Part shown: piece by piece, positions 9,444-18,401 of the stretch
Position numbering within the stretch: position 1 is the stretch's first letter
Layout of the letters: each line of letters opens with the position of its first letter
Assembly (NCBI GenBank): GCA_026134085.1
Contig: JAOQIN010000014.1
Span: 1-42,241 of the forward strand
Direction of reading: 5' to 3'
Source: Candidatus Methanoxibalbensis ujae
Lineage (GTDB): Archaea; Halobacteriota; Syntropharchaeia; Alkanophagales; Methanospirareceae
DNA length: 42,241 nucleotides
Program-made: the position numbers and the translations under genes
Notes under the pieces: model-generated
Told to the model about the DNA's origin: nothing
The model's database searches: none
The model's input: the letters and a program-made list of their open reading frames with translations, nothing else

Positions 9444-10619
9444 TTACCACCTCCCTATAAATGCACATCTCATATCAATATTATTTTTATTGATAATTTT
9501 TATAAGCAAGTTATCCCTTTTAATTTCACCATCAAACTCGTAATAATAGACGGCTCCAGCATTCACCCACCTTCTCAACGGTTTTTCCCTATTCATGGCA
9601 AAATCATATCCTCCAATGTAAATTGGCTTCCCGGGTAACTTCGCTATCATCTTTAGTTCTTTCACTCCAAGTTCCCTCTCAAGTTTATCACTTGGAGACT
9701 CATGCCCATTAAAGCAGGAAGGAGAAGCAAGATAAAGTTTGAATCTCTTTTCCTCGTTTATCTTTTCAATCAATTCCGAAAATCCGAGTTTATCAGCAAG
9801 ATTTATTTCATCTATCTTCGTGCATATCGCTCCTTTCCCTTCTCCACCAAGTCTTATAACTTCATTTTTTAAATATTTATCAAGAAGTTTATGCTTATCT
9901 TCAATCCAAACCACGAACTCCCAATGTTCTTTCCAATCTTTCAACCTCAAAAATTCCGCTGTATATAGGTGTCCTTCAACAGTCGTTTTTGTTCCTTTTT
10001 CCAGCTGGATGCCTGTTCTCAATTCTGTTTTGTAAGGGATATCTATAATTTGCGATTTATCTGGTTTTCCTCCCCAGAGATAGTCTTTTAATGCATCAAA
10101 GGGCATTAAACCCTTCTCTTCCTTAATTTTTGAGTGGATGGAAAAACATGTATAGTTTTTTGTGTCGGGTATCTTGAGTTCCTCTTTCAAAATAGGGGTC
10201 AATTTTAAAATTTCATCATCTTCATCTTTTCTCACTACATCATTGGGAACAGGGAAAAACTCTTCTTTCTTATCCTTTTTAGAAAAGAAAACTCCCAGTA
10301 CTTGGATAGAAGATTCAGAATTTACTGCGGGGTGGCCGATAGCATCCAAAATTTCTTTCAGCTCTTTATCATCTTCTATCAATTTTTTAACTCTTTCATT
10401 AAGACTGCTTCTATCCTCATTTTTCTTTCTTTGAAAATCAGATGGCAAATAGTTCCTTCTTTTGCAAAACTCTAAAAATATTTTGGATTTTATTGCACCT
10501 TCAAAGGTCAATGGAAAGATAATCTTACTAAATTTTGCTACATGAGATTCCCTTGCAATAAATGGTCTCTCACTTCTGAACATGAGAACATCTAAAGGCT
10601 CAATGAACAACCTTTTCAT
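9444..10619 (-). CDS. cmr3: Type III-B RAMP Cmr3
   Basis: IEPLDVLMFRSERPF, ELRTGIQL, LYTAEFLR, RLGGEGK, GGYD, AGAVYYY. Confidence 0.93.
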   Translation of the reverse strand: MKRLFIEPLDVLMFRSERPFIARESHVAKFSKIIFPLTFEGAIKSKIFLEFCKRRNYLPSDFQRKKNEDRSSLNERVKKLIEDDKELKEILDAIGHPAVNSESSIQVLGVFFSKKDKKEEFFPVPNDVVRKDEDDEILKLTPILKEELKIPDTKNYTCFSIHSKIKEEKGLMPFDALKDYLWGGKPDKSQIIDIPYKTELRTGIQLEKGTKTTVEGHLYTAEFLRLKDWKEHWEFVVWIEDKHKLLDKYLKNEVIRLGGEGKGAICTKIDEINLADKLGFSELIEKINEEKRFKLYLASPSCFNGHESPSDKLERELGVKELKMIAKLPGKPIYIGGYDFAMNREKPLRRWVNAGAVYYYEFDGEIKRDNLLIKIINKNNIDMRCAFIGRW

Positions 10620-13249
10620 CCTTCAGCACCTCCATAAGCGTCATATAAAATTTTTAAAGCATTTCCAAGCTCTTTAACCGACAAATTTTGATCATATTTC
10701 TCAATAAGACACATAATTTTTCCCTGGATTTCTTTTATTTCTTCATCACCTGCTTCTTCTTTTCTTCTCTTCAGCAGCCTCCTGACCTCAGCCCCAAGCA
10801 TATCGCCTTCCAGGATTTCACTGACATCCATAAAATCGTAGATAAAGCGATGAGAGATTTTTCCGCTGACAATAGCCTTAGCAGTATAGATAAGATCAGC
10901 AACAAAATCCCACTTCCCGCCAGCTGTCAAAATCTCACCAGAACGCTTTATGAAGGTCATGCAGAATGCGTTTCTTCCATACTTCTCTTTTGCTTTTCTT
11001 TCAGCTTCTCTAACTTTCTCTATTGCATCATACAAAGGCCATTTGTAGTGAGCAAAAACAATACCGGCGCTCATACTCGCTTTGTTCCCAAGACCTATAA
11101 CTTTTCTTTTCTTACCGTTAACTTCAATCTCATAGAAATCTTCCTTGAATACTTTCTGGATTTCAGAAGCAGCATCTAAAACTTTATCTGCTGGAAATAA
11201 AGCCAAAACATCATCTCCTCCAGAATATACAAGAAATCCTTTGTGCTCTTTAACTATTTTTGGCACCACATATAATGAAAAATCCTTCATTGCTCTGCTT
11301 ATCGCTATGTGATGAGAAGGTGTAAGAATTCTTTTTGCGTTTATTAACTTCTTACCTTTCTCCTCACCATTTTCTCTCCATTCTTGAATCTTGCTTCTAA
11401 AAACAGGATGCATAAACTCTCCAAAATGAGGTAAAGTTTCTCCAGAAAGCATTTTTCCAATTCTGTCTCCATCCATCATTGAGATTGCATAATATTTATT
11501 TGGTTCTCCATAGGTTTTCCATAATTCAACAAGCTTTCTGTAAATCTCACCGTCCCTTCCGCCCAACTCTTTTGTATATTTCAACTTTACTTTGTCTCTG
11601 GAGTCCCACTCCTGTTTGTAGATTAATTCAATATCCCCTTTTTTGATTTTTTCATAAACTTCTGTATGTTTTATGTTTTCAATAAAATCTCTTGCAGCAA
11701 TTTCCGAAACAGATTCCCAGGGTGGCAGCTTTGCATCTTCAAAAATTTTACGAAAAGCATCTCTATATAATCTTTTAACAAGACAAACAGCACAAAGTCT
11801 TTCTCTCTCCTTTAAGAGGTGTTCATATGAGTTCTTATTTTTTGTGTTTGTCCAATCTTTCCCATTCCACACTTTATAATTCCCGTTTTCATCCCTTAAC
11901 AGGAGAGCATTCCTTCTTCCACACATCAGACACTTTTTGCCAGTTACTGGCCCTTCTTCCCAGGCATTCCAGAATCCTGATTTTTGCATCAGAATTGCAC
12001 TTAAAATTTCATAAGTTAATGAATAAAAGTGTCCAACGGATTTTCTTTTATATCTTCTCTCTGCCTCTTCAATAAAGTTAAGCCAGCCTTCCTGTCTCTC
12101 TTTTAAATCATCTGGTATATTCTCTTTTACATCATCAAACCCGTCAAAATTAAAAAATTCAAGCCAAGCAGAAGTTATTTCTATTGCATTGGCAATTTGC
12201 TCATCCCATAATTCCTCATCAATTGGTATCTTTGCTTCCTCTTTGAGCAATTTTTTGGACTCTTCTGCCATTTCCTCCCATTTGCTCTTTATTTTTTCTT
12301 CCACCTCATCAGCCATCTCACTCGCTTTTGGAGCTGGGATAAAAGACAGAAAAGTGTTTGGAAAATTGGCGATGTGTAGTCTTTCCTTGGGGTCTTCACT
12401 CAAAACATTTAATTTTTTACCCTCATCATGCAGGATAAAGCTGCCATTTTCTTCACCGAACTCCGTTAAATCGACCATCGGATTTCCTCTCAGTTGTGGA
12501 TAGATGATAATATCTGGACCCAATTCCTCCACGATAACTTTGATTCCTTCAAAAATGATAGTTGAAAATATGTGACTTGATGCCCATAAATCGGCTAATT
12601 TCCTTGAATGTGCAATGAACTCTTGGACTGCCGGGATTTTTACTGCAAATAAACATGAACCTCCCTCCAAACTGAAAATCGCAGATGTAACATCCAAATG
12701 ATCCAAAATGCTGTGATCTGGAATTCTTGTATCTGCTGGCAAGACGAGATCGTATTGGTCTGATAGAAATCTCCAGAGCAGGAAATATGTTTTCTTCCAG
12801 TTTTCACTCAAAAAATTCTTTACAACATTTGGTTTAAAACCATATTCCTTTAAGGCTTTCTCATAACCGTATGTGGCAATAAAGTCTTTTACTTCTTTAA
12901 AATCCTCCACAGCTCCTGATAGGGTATGCTTAAATACGGGTTTGAGAGTTCCCCTGAAGCATATATGAGTACCACAACTTCCTGCATAATCCATCCTGTA
13001 GTCTTTTGGGATGTTAAGTCTCTGCATTGAAGAAGCTATTACATCTGCATTATGAATTTCAGGAAATGCTTCACGCATACTCTTTCCCTTTTCAATAAAA
13101 TCTTTCAATCTTTTTGCATCTTCTATTAGTCCAATATTTTCCCAGATATCAGCTACTTTCTTTTCATGTGATTTATGAAATAAAATCAACGCTTTGTCCG
13201 GAGGATCGTGCAGAAATGCTTTGATCTTGTTTTGCCAGAACTCACTCAT
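10616..13249 (-). CDS. cas10: Cas10/Cmr2 with HD motif and intact palm GGDD (cOA synthase)
   Basis: LHDPPDK, PADTRIPDHS, QEFIAHSRKLADLWASS, Zn motif CLMC...CAVC, MDGDRIG, VYSGGDD, SMSAGIV. Confidence 0.96.
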   Translation of the reverse strand: MSEFWQNKIKAFLHDPPDKALILFHKSHEKKVADIWENIGLIEDAKRLKDFIEKGKSMREAFPEIHNADVIASSMQRLNIPKDYRMDYAGSCGTHICFRGTLKPVFKHTLSGAVEDFKEVKDFIATYGYEKALKEYGFKPNVVKNFLSENWKKTYFLLWRFLSDQYDLVLPADTRIPDHSILDHLDVTSAIFSLEGGSCLFAVKIPAVQEFIAHSRKLADLWASSHIFSTIIFEGIKVIVEELGPDIIIYPQLRGNPMVDLTEFGEENGSFILHDEGKKLNVLSEDPKERLHIANFPNTFLSFIPAPKASEMADEVEEKIKSKWEEMAEESKKLLKEEAKIPIDEELWDEQIANAIEITSAWLEFFNFDGFDDVKENIPDDLKERQEGWLNFIEEAERRYKRKSVGHFYSLTYEILSAILMQKSGFWNAWEEGPVTGKKCLMCGRRNALLLRDENGNYKVWNGKDWTNTKNKNSYEHLLKERERLCAVCLVKRLYRDAFRKIFEDAKLPPWESVSEIAARDFIENIKHTEVYEKIKKGDIELIYKQEWDSRDKVKLKYTKELGGRDGEIYRKLVELWKTYGEPNKYYAISMMDGDRIGKMLSGETLPHFGEFMHPVFRSKIQEWRENGEEKGKKLINAKRILTPSHHIAISRAMKDFSLYVVPKIVKEHKGFLVYSGGDDVLALFPADKVLDAASEIQKVFKEDFYEIEVNGKKRKVIGLGNKASMSAGIVFAHYKWPLYDAIEKVREAERKAKEKYGRNAFCMTFIKRSGEILTAGGKWDFVADLIYTAKAIVSGKISHRFIYDFMDVSEILEGDMLGAEVRRLLKRRKEEAGDEEIKEIQGKIMCLIEKYDQNLSVKELGNALKILYDAYGGAEG

Positions 13250-13256
13250 TTTTATC

Positions 13257-14276
13257 TCACCTCCGGTAGATTATCTCCGGTAGTTCAATTTCTATTTCAC
13301 CTAACTCTTTATTTTTTGCTACTATATTATCAAAATCATTTAGATTCTGTCTTAAAAACCTCAGTTTTGAAGAGAAATCTGGATGAATCGATGTATAAAA
13401 TTTGACAAGTCTTATTGCATACTTTCCATTTAAGTCCATAACTCCAATAAGAAGTGGAGAAGACTGTCTCAGATTCTTAAAAACGGGGTGGGTAACTATC
13501 GGAAGCCCAAATGTATATCTGTACTCCAATCTTTTTCCTCGCCTAAATGACCGGTATTTATCACCTATTCTTCTAAGGGCACTTTCCCACGTATCAAGAG
13601 GTTGCTGAATTAAACTCATCTTTGCATGGTTTTTTGACAATACAGCAAAATTTGGGTTTGTTTGAGGGTTATATTTTTCACCAGCATACTCCTTAAAATC
13701 TCCAAAGATTTCTGCTAAGTTTTTTTCTATGAATTCTTTGGCATCGGTAGATGTGTTTCCAGTAAATATGAATGTATAGGGAATTTTACCCGATACATTA
13801 TTTATCCTGAGAGAGCCTGCACCTCTTCTCATTCTGGCACCAGCACCTCCAAGATAGATAAGCGTCCATAAACATCCCAATGTGATTTTAAGGTTATCCT
13901 CGTCATCAGAGCTTAACGTGATTTTAAATTTAGTTTTGGGCAGATAACACTGTAATCTCTGATTTTTTCTTTTTTGCATGTGAATTGAAAACCAGAGATA
14001 TCTCAGATCTGATGGAATACTTATTTCTGAAGGTTGGCTTTTCGTGGTACTCAATATTTTTACACTTGACTTTTGATCGGTAGAGCCAAAAATCTTGCTT
14101 TCCAACTCCCGTAGATCTTCGGTGGATACAATTCCACCCATTATTGCTCTAAACCACCATCTCAACAGTCCTCTCAAACTTGGCGCTCGTAGCCCCTCAT
14201 TTTCTATATTTCTCTGATCCGCACCAGCAATGAACAGAGGTGTTACAGTTTCCAGTTCAAGAGTTGTTTTCTCCAT
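13257..14276 (-). CDS. cmr1: Type III-B RAMP Cmr1
   Basis: TVTPLFIAGAD, LRAPSLRGLLRWWFRA, IFGS, LGGAGARMRRGAGS, FGLP. Confidence 0.93.
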   Translation of the reverse strand: MEKTTLELETVTPLFIAGADQRNIENEGLRAPSLRGLLRWWFRAIMGGIVSTEDLRELESKIFGSTDQKSSVKILSTTKSQPSEISIPSDLRYLWFSIHMQKRKNQRLQCYLPKTKFKITLSSDDEDNLKITLGCLWTLIYLGGAGARMRRGAGSLRINNVSGKIPYTFIFTGNTSTDAKEFIEKNLAEIFGDFKEYAGEKYNPQTNPNFAVLSKNHAKMSLIQQPLDTWESALRRIGDKYRSFRRGKRLEYRYTFGLPIVTHPVFKNLRQSSPLLIGVMDLNGKYAIRLVKFYTSIHPDFSSKLRFLRQNLNDFDNIVAKNKELGEIEIELPEIIYRR

Positions 14277-14322
14277 ATGAATGTTTACTATACTTGCATC
14301 CTCTCCGCCTTGAATTTTTTAT

Positions 14323-14337
14323 CTTTTAAAACTTTCG
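14323..14337 (-). promoter_or_regulatory. Putative BRE/TATA promoter of the cmr operon
   Basis: Minus strand reads CGAAAG-TTTTAAAAG about 50 bp upstream of the cmr1 ATG. Confidence 0.5.
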
Positions 14338-14476
14338 GCTGCCTTAACGGCACTGTCAATATAACCACTGAATGTGTTTTGACAGTTTCGCCTTGACAAC
14401 AGGTTTTATCCTGGACTGACGGGACTTCACCGCAATTCATCTTCTCGGCGACTTATTGACTTATATCAGTGAGGGA

Positions 14477-14629
14477 TCATTTAACCTTTCTATGACTTGA
14501 CTTCATTCGCAGGTTTTTTGACTTACACCGTCTGCATCTCGTTGCTTTAACAGGATTTCTTGCATTGCAATCCATGCATATCTTCACATGCAACAACCTC
14601 TGCTCCGCTTCTGGGAATCTCGCCATCAT
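14477..14629 (-). CDS. rpl40e: 50S ribosomal protein L40e (50 aa; below the ORF-track cutoff)
   Basis: Manual translation [60 protein letters not shown]; classic L40e Zn ribbon. Confidence 0.95.
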   Translation of the reverse strand: MMARFPEAEQRLLHVKICMDCNARNPVKATRCRRCKSKNLRMKSSHRKVK

Positions 14630-14856
14630 AAATCACCTCCATCTCATCACTCTCTCCCTCTGATCCTCAATCATTATTATATCTTGTCATCTCATGTCAT
14701 CTCACATCCTCTCACATCCAACATCTGCTCGGGGAGCACCACGCAGCGTCCACACTGAGCACTGGCATCCGCCGGCACACTGCGCTGTCTTTCTTTTGAG
14801 ATGTCCAAGCGGTTCTGACAGGAGCGGAATCACTCCGCAATGCAGAAATGGCATCA

Positions 14857-15846
14857 TCACTTCCCGCTCGGTGTTCGGATGTTATGGCCTGTCCTTCCGG
14901 AGGATATCAAGACGACTCTGCTTATCTCAGATTCATCTGTGATATCATAGGATTCACCGATTTCTCGCAGTTCTCTGACTATTTTCCCGGCGAAATCACG
15001 GACTTCATGGTGGGATGGCATAGCATCTCTCCTCAATCTCCTCCTCGAGAATCCGAGATGCATGTATGCCTTCACCTCTATGAAATCAGGCTTTGCGATT
15101 GTGAGAAGTTCCGCATATTTCGCTGCATATATCATGTTGAAGCCGCGTATGCATGTTATCCTCACGACCGTCCTCACACTTTTTTTATTTTGCATCACAT
15201 CAAGCGATGATAGTATGCGGTGCCAGTGTGTTGCGTGTGATATTTTTTGGTATATCTCCTCATCAGGCGCGTTAAGCGAGAGATAGAGCTGTGTGGGTTT
15301 TATTTTCGCAAGAACATCAGGATGTGTGCCGTTTGTCACCACAAATGTTGTGAATCCTCGCCTGTGAAACTCCTCAATAAGCTCATCCAGATATGGATAA
15401 AGCGTTGGCTCTCCGATGAGAGAGATTGCAGCATGAGCAGGCGAGGAAGATTCCTCAAACATCTTAGACGATGTCTTCGCATATCCTTTGTAGCCTGATA
15501 TCAGATTGAGCTGCTCTGAAATGCAGCCTTCCACTATGTATGAGGGGCTGTCCCACTCCCATTTATCGGAAATCTCATCATCACGAACGCTCAAAATCTC
15601 AAGTGGTCGCCAGCAGTGCACGCAGCGCTGATTGCAGAAAATTGAGGGAGTCATCTGTATGCAGCGATGTGATGCTATGCCGTAGAACTTGCTTTTGTAG
15701 CAGTGTCCTTCGCCTCGCAGTGCTTTTTTGAGCCAGAGGCATGATTTTACAGCACTGTGCCTGCCAACAATATGGTAACCCTTTAAAAATCGTGCAAAAT
15801 CACCTGCACCGCTATTCTCATCCATCTCTCCCATTACTGCACCCAC
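14857..15846 (-). CDS. taw1: 4-demethylwyosine synthase TYW1/Taw1 (radical SAM)
   Basis: GRHSAVKSCLW, CYKSKFYGIASHRCIQMTP, CNQRCVHCWR, AISLIGEPTLY, FIEVKAYM. Confidence 0.95.
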   Translation of the reverse strand: MGAVMGEMDENSGAGDFARFLKGYHIVGRHSAVKSCLWLKKALRGEGHCYKSKFYGIASHRCIQMTPSIFCNQRCVHCWRPLEILSVRDDEISDKWEWDSPSYIVEGCISEQLNLISGYKGYAKTSSKMFEESSSPAHAAISLIGEPTLYPYLDELIEEFHRRGFTTFVVTNGTHPDVLAKIKPTQLYLSLNAPDEEIYQKISHATHWHRILSSLDVMQNKKSVRTVVRITCIRGFNMIYAAKYAELLTIAKPDFIEVKAYMHLGFSRRRLRRDAMPSHHEVRDFAGKIVRELREIGESYDITDESEISRVVLISSGRTGHNIRTPSGK

Positions 15847-16374
15847 AACAGTCTTTCACCTGCCTCTCTCCCGGGCGCTGGTATTTGTTTTTGTTTTTTT
15901 GTTTTTTGTGTTTTTTTGTTAGTTTTATTAATAAAGTTATGTAAAATTATGTATAAAATTTTTCACCGCATCCCCTTAGAGAGGGCATCCCCTCAGAGAG
16001 GAGATTTTCACAAATGGAGCTCTCACAGAGGAGATTTCGGAAGCACCAGAAGGAGCACATCCAGAAGAAGTGAGATGGTGGCTCAAACTACCAGATTCCA
16101 GATGGCCAGAATATTTGCATATCCACATTCTTTGCTGGATATTGCATCCCGCTCAGCACTTAGAGTGCTCATTGCAACGAGCTGACATCCACAGCATCTT
16201 AAGCAGCTCGCGCATGATGGCACAATCGCATCAGCACATACCCCTGCGCAATCCTTTCTCCGGCAGTCACATTTTCCCTCATCGTTTTCATCTCAACAAT
16301 CTCAACAATCTCAACTCAACACATCGCATTTCACGTTTCTCAGCGTGCCGCCTGCATGAGCTCTTTCTTCATTT

Positions 16375-16632
16375 TTATCCTTCCATTTCCATCAAACACC
16401 TTACCCCCGAAAAGAGCAGGTCGCATTGTGTCGACGCTGAAATCCCTGCGCTGAAGCGATAGGGAATACAAAATTCGTCAGACCTCCTCTCATCAGAGTC
16501 AAGTCCGCCTTTTCCACTTCGTCTTTTTCGCAGGCTCTGATTCCATTTTATTTTCTCTGCCTTCTCTGCCTTCTCTGCACCCGGATTCATATACTCATAC
16601 GCACGCTTCAGCCTCTCTTCCCCAATCATCAC
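16375..16632 (-). other. Short hypothetical ORF or decayed gene fragment
   Basis: 85-aa ORF co-oriented with its neighbours, with a 9-bp tandem expansion (AEKAEKAEK); no family recognised. Confidence 0.25.
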
Positions 16633-16688
16633 TCAGAAAACATCAGGTATTATAGCAAACGCATGCGATCATGCACTCAGATCATGCA

Positions 16689-18104
16689 TCATGCTTTCAG
16701 GGCATTCTCCGCAGCATCAACAAACACATCCTTGAGCAGTGCGAGTGAGGGGTCGTAGCATCGCTCGTTCATGCATATTTCTTTAGCGGTCATTCCGAAT
16801 TTTATCGCGAGATTCAACTCATTTATGCGTTCTGCGACGCCCTCCGCAGAGGAGACGATTTGAGCGCCCAGGAGTCTTTCAGAGTGAGCGTCAAAGAGCA
16901 GTTTTGCGTTGATTTTCTCCGCTCCCGGGAAGTATCTCGCCTTTGAGACTTTCTGAGCCCTTCCAGCAAGGACCTTAATGCCGTTTCTTCTCGCTTCTTC
17001 GCTTGTTATTCCGACTGAGCCGACGAGCATTCCGCCTATTGCTGCTATCGTCGGGCTTGTGCAGGGCTCGTATGTTGAGTATGCACGAGCTTCTCCAGAT
17101 ATTTCGCTCACGATGTTATCTGCGATGACCCCTGCCTGAACCAAAGCGGCGGATGCGAGCTGAGCGAGCCTCCTTTTGTGAGTGATCGCATCAACGACTT
17201 CAACGCAGTCGCCGAGCGCAAACACATCACGCAGGAATTTTCCCTTCTTGCGCACATGCATCGCTTTATCCGTGATGATTCCTCCGCTCTCGCCTGTTTC
17301 TATCCCTGCGGAGCGAGCCAATTCTGTATTCGGACGGGAGCCTCTCGCAATCACAACGACATCCGCAGGAATTTCTTCTTCGCCGTCCGCTCCTTCAATG
17401 AGAACAGAGCGAACATTTCCTTCATCGTCAGCATTCAACGCCTTTATTTCCTTCCGTTCAAGAATGAACCGTATGTCATAATTCTGCTCAAGGTATTCCT
17501 TCAGAATATCTCCCATGTCAGCATCAAGCATAGAGGGCAAAAGCGATGGAGGACCCCCAAGAACAGTTGTCTTTATGCCTCTCTTTGCGAAAGCAACCGC
17601 GGTTTGAAGTGCAATAATGCCACGACCTCGCACAAAACCATTCTTCGCATTTTTCATAGATGCATATATCTGCTCCGCGTCCTCCTCGTTGTTGAAGGTA
17701 TGGACTCTCTTCACATTATTCATCGCATCCTCAACTGCTTTGGGCAAAACTGGCGTTCTTCCCGTAGCAATCACGAGGAAATCGTATTTCAGCACTTCTC
17801 CAGAAAGCAGTCTCACGCTTTTCTTGTCAGTGTTCAATTCCACTGCCTCTGTTTGAGTGCGAAAGTCCACACCCTGCTCAACAAACTCTTCAGCCTTCGT
17901 TATCTCTGTCGTCTCAATTTCATAGATGTCCTGCAGAGCGAAAGGGAGACCGCAAGTGGATAGCCAGCCACTGCGCTCCTTCTTAAGCAGTGTGATTTCA
18001 AGCTTACCGCCCGCTGCATTCTCAATCTCCTTTCGCCTGCTGAGAAGGTCCTGTAGAACATGTATGCCAGCAATTCCTCCTCCAATTATGAGAACATGCA
18101 CCAT
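16689..18104 (-). CDS. FAD-dependent pyridine nucleotide-disulfide oxidoreductase (CoA-disulfide reductase / NADH oxidase family)
   Basis: IIGGGIAG, single-Cys motif STCGLP, YDFLVIATG, VFALGDC, RYFPGA, LLGAQI. Likely start 18104 after a GAGGTGGGAGG SD (ORF track start 18128). Confidence 0.88.
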   Translation of the reverse strand: MVHVLIIGGGIAGIHVLQDLLSRRKEIENAAGGKLEITLLKKERSGWLSTCGLPFALQDIYEIETTEITKAEEFVEQGVDFRTQTEAVELNTDKKSVRLLSGEVLKYDFLVIATGRTPVLPKAVEDAMNNVKRVHTFNNEEDAEQIYASMKNAKNGFVRGRGIIALQTAVAFAKRGIKTTVLGGPPSLLPSMLDADMGDILKEYLEQNYDIRFILERKEIKALNADDEGNVRSVLIEGADGEEEIPADVVVIARGSRPNTELARSAGIETGESGGIITDKAMHVRKKGKFLRDVFALGDCVEVVDAITHKRRLAQLASAALVQAGVIADNIVSEISGEARAYSTYEPCTSPTIAAIGGMLVGSVGITSEEARRNGIKVLAGRAQKVSKARYFPGAEKINAKLLFDAHSERLLGAQIVSSAEGVAERINELNLAIKFGMTAKEICMNERCYDPSLALLKDVFVDAAENALKA

Positions 18105-18401
18105 TCCTCCCACCTCTCTATCCCACAATGAAAGCGCAGAATTAAAAAAGGCATCTAATTTGAGAAGGAGACATGCTATATACTCTGTCCCCGGCTGATC
18201 TGAGGCTCAATTCGCTGAAAGCAGCCTGTGCTCTCTCTCTTTCTTCTCTTTATCTTTAAGAAATGGTTGCTGCCGATTTCTACATTTTCAAAGCCTCACT
18301 GTCAGGTGAGGTGAGGAGGTCACGTTGTGCCGACGTTTTATTGCCTGCGGATGTCACCCGGTCAGGAAGTTGCACTGATCTCTCATGACAAAATAAAGCG
18401 C

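Noticed and set aside
5543..14505. 10-bp direct repeat CTTGACTTCA (5543 and 14496) flanking the cmr cassette as att/TSD
   Set aside because: Short enough to arise by chance; one copy lies inside rpl40e, and there is no integrase or transposase.
17178..17963. Long antisense ORFs (also 9030-9638, 29337-29933, 32764-33477, 35645-36337, 39307-40101)
   Set aside because: They are shadows of well-supported genes on the opposite strand.
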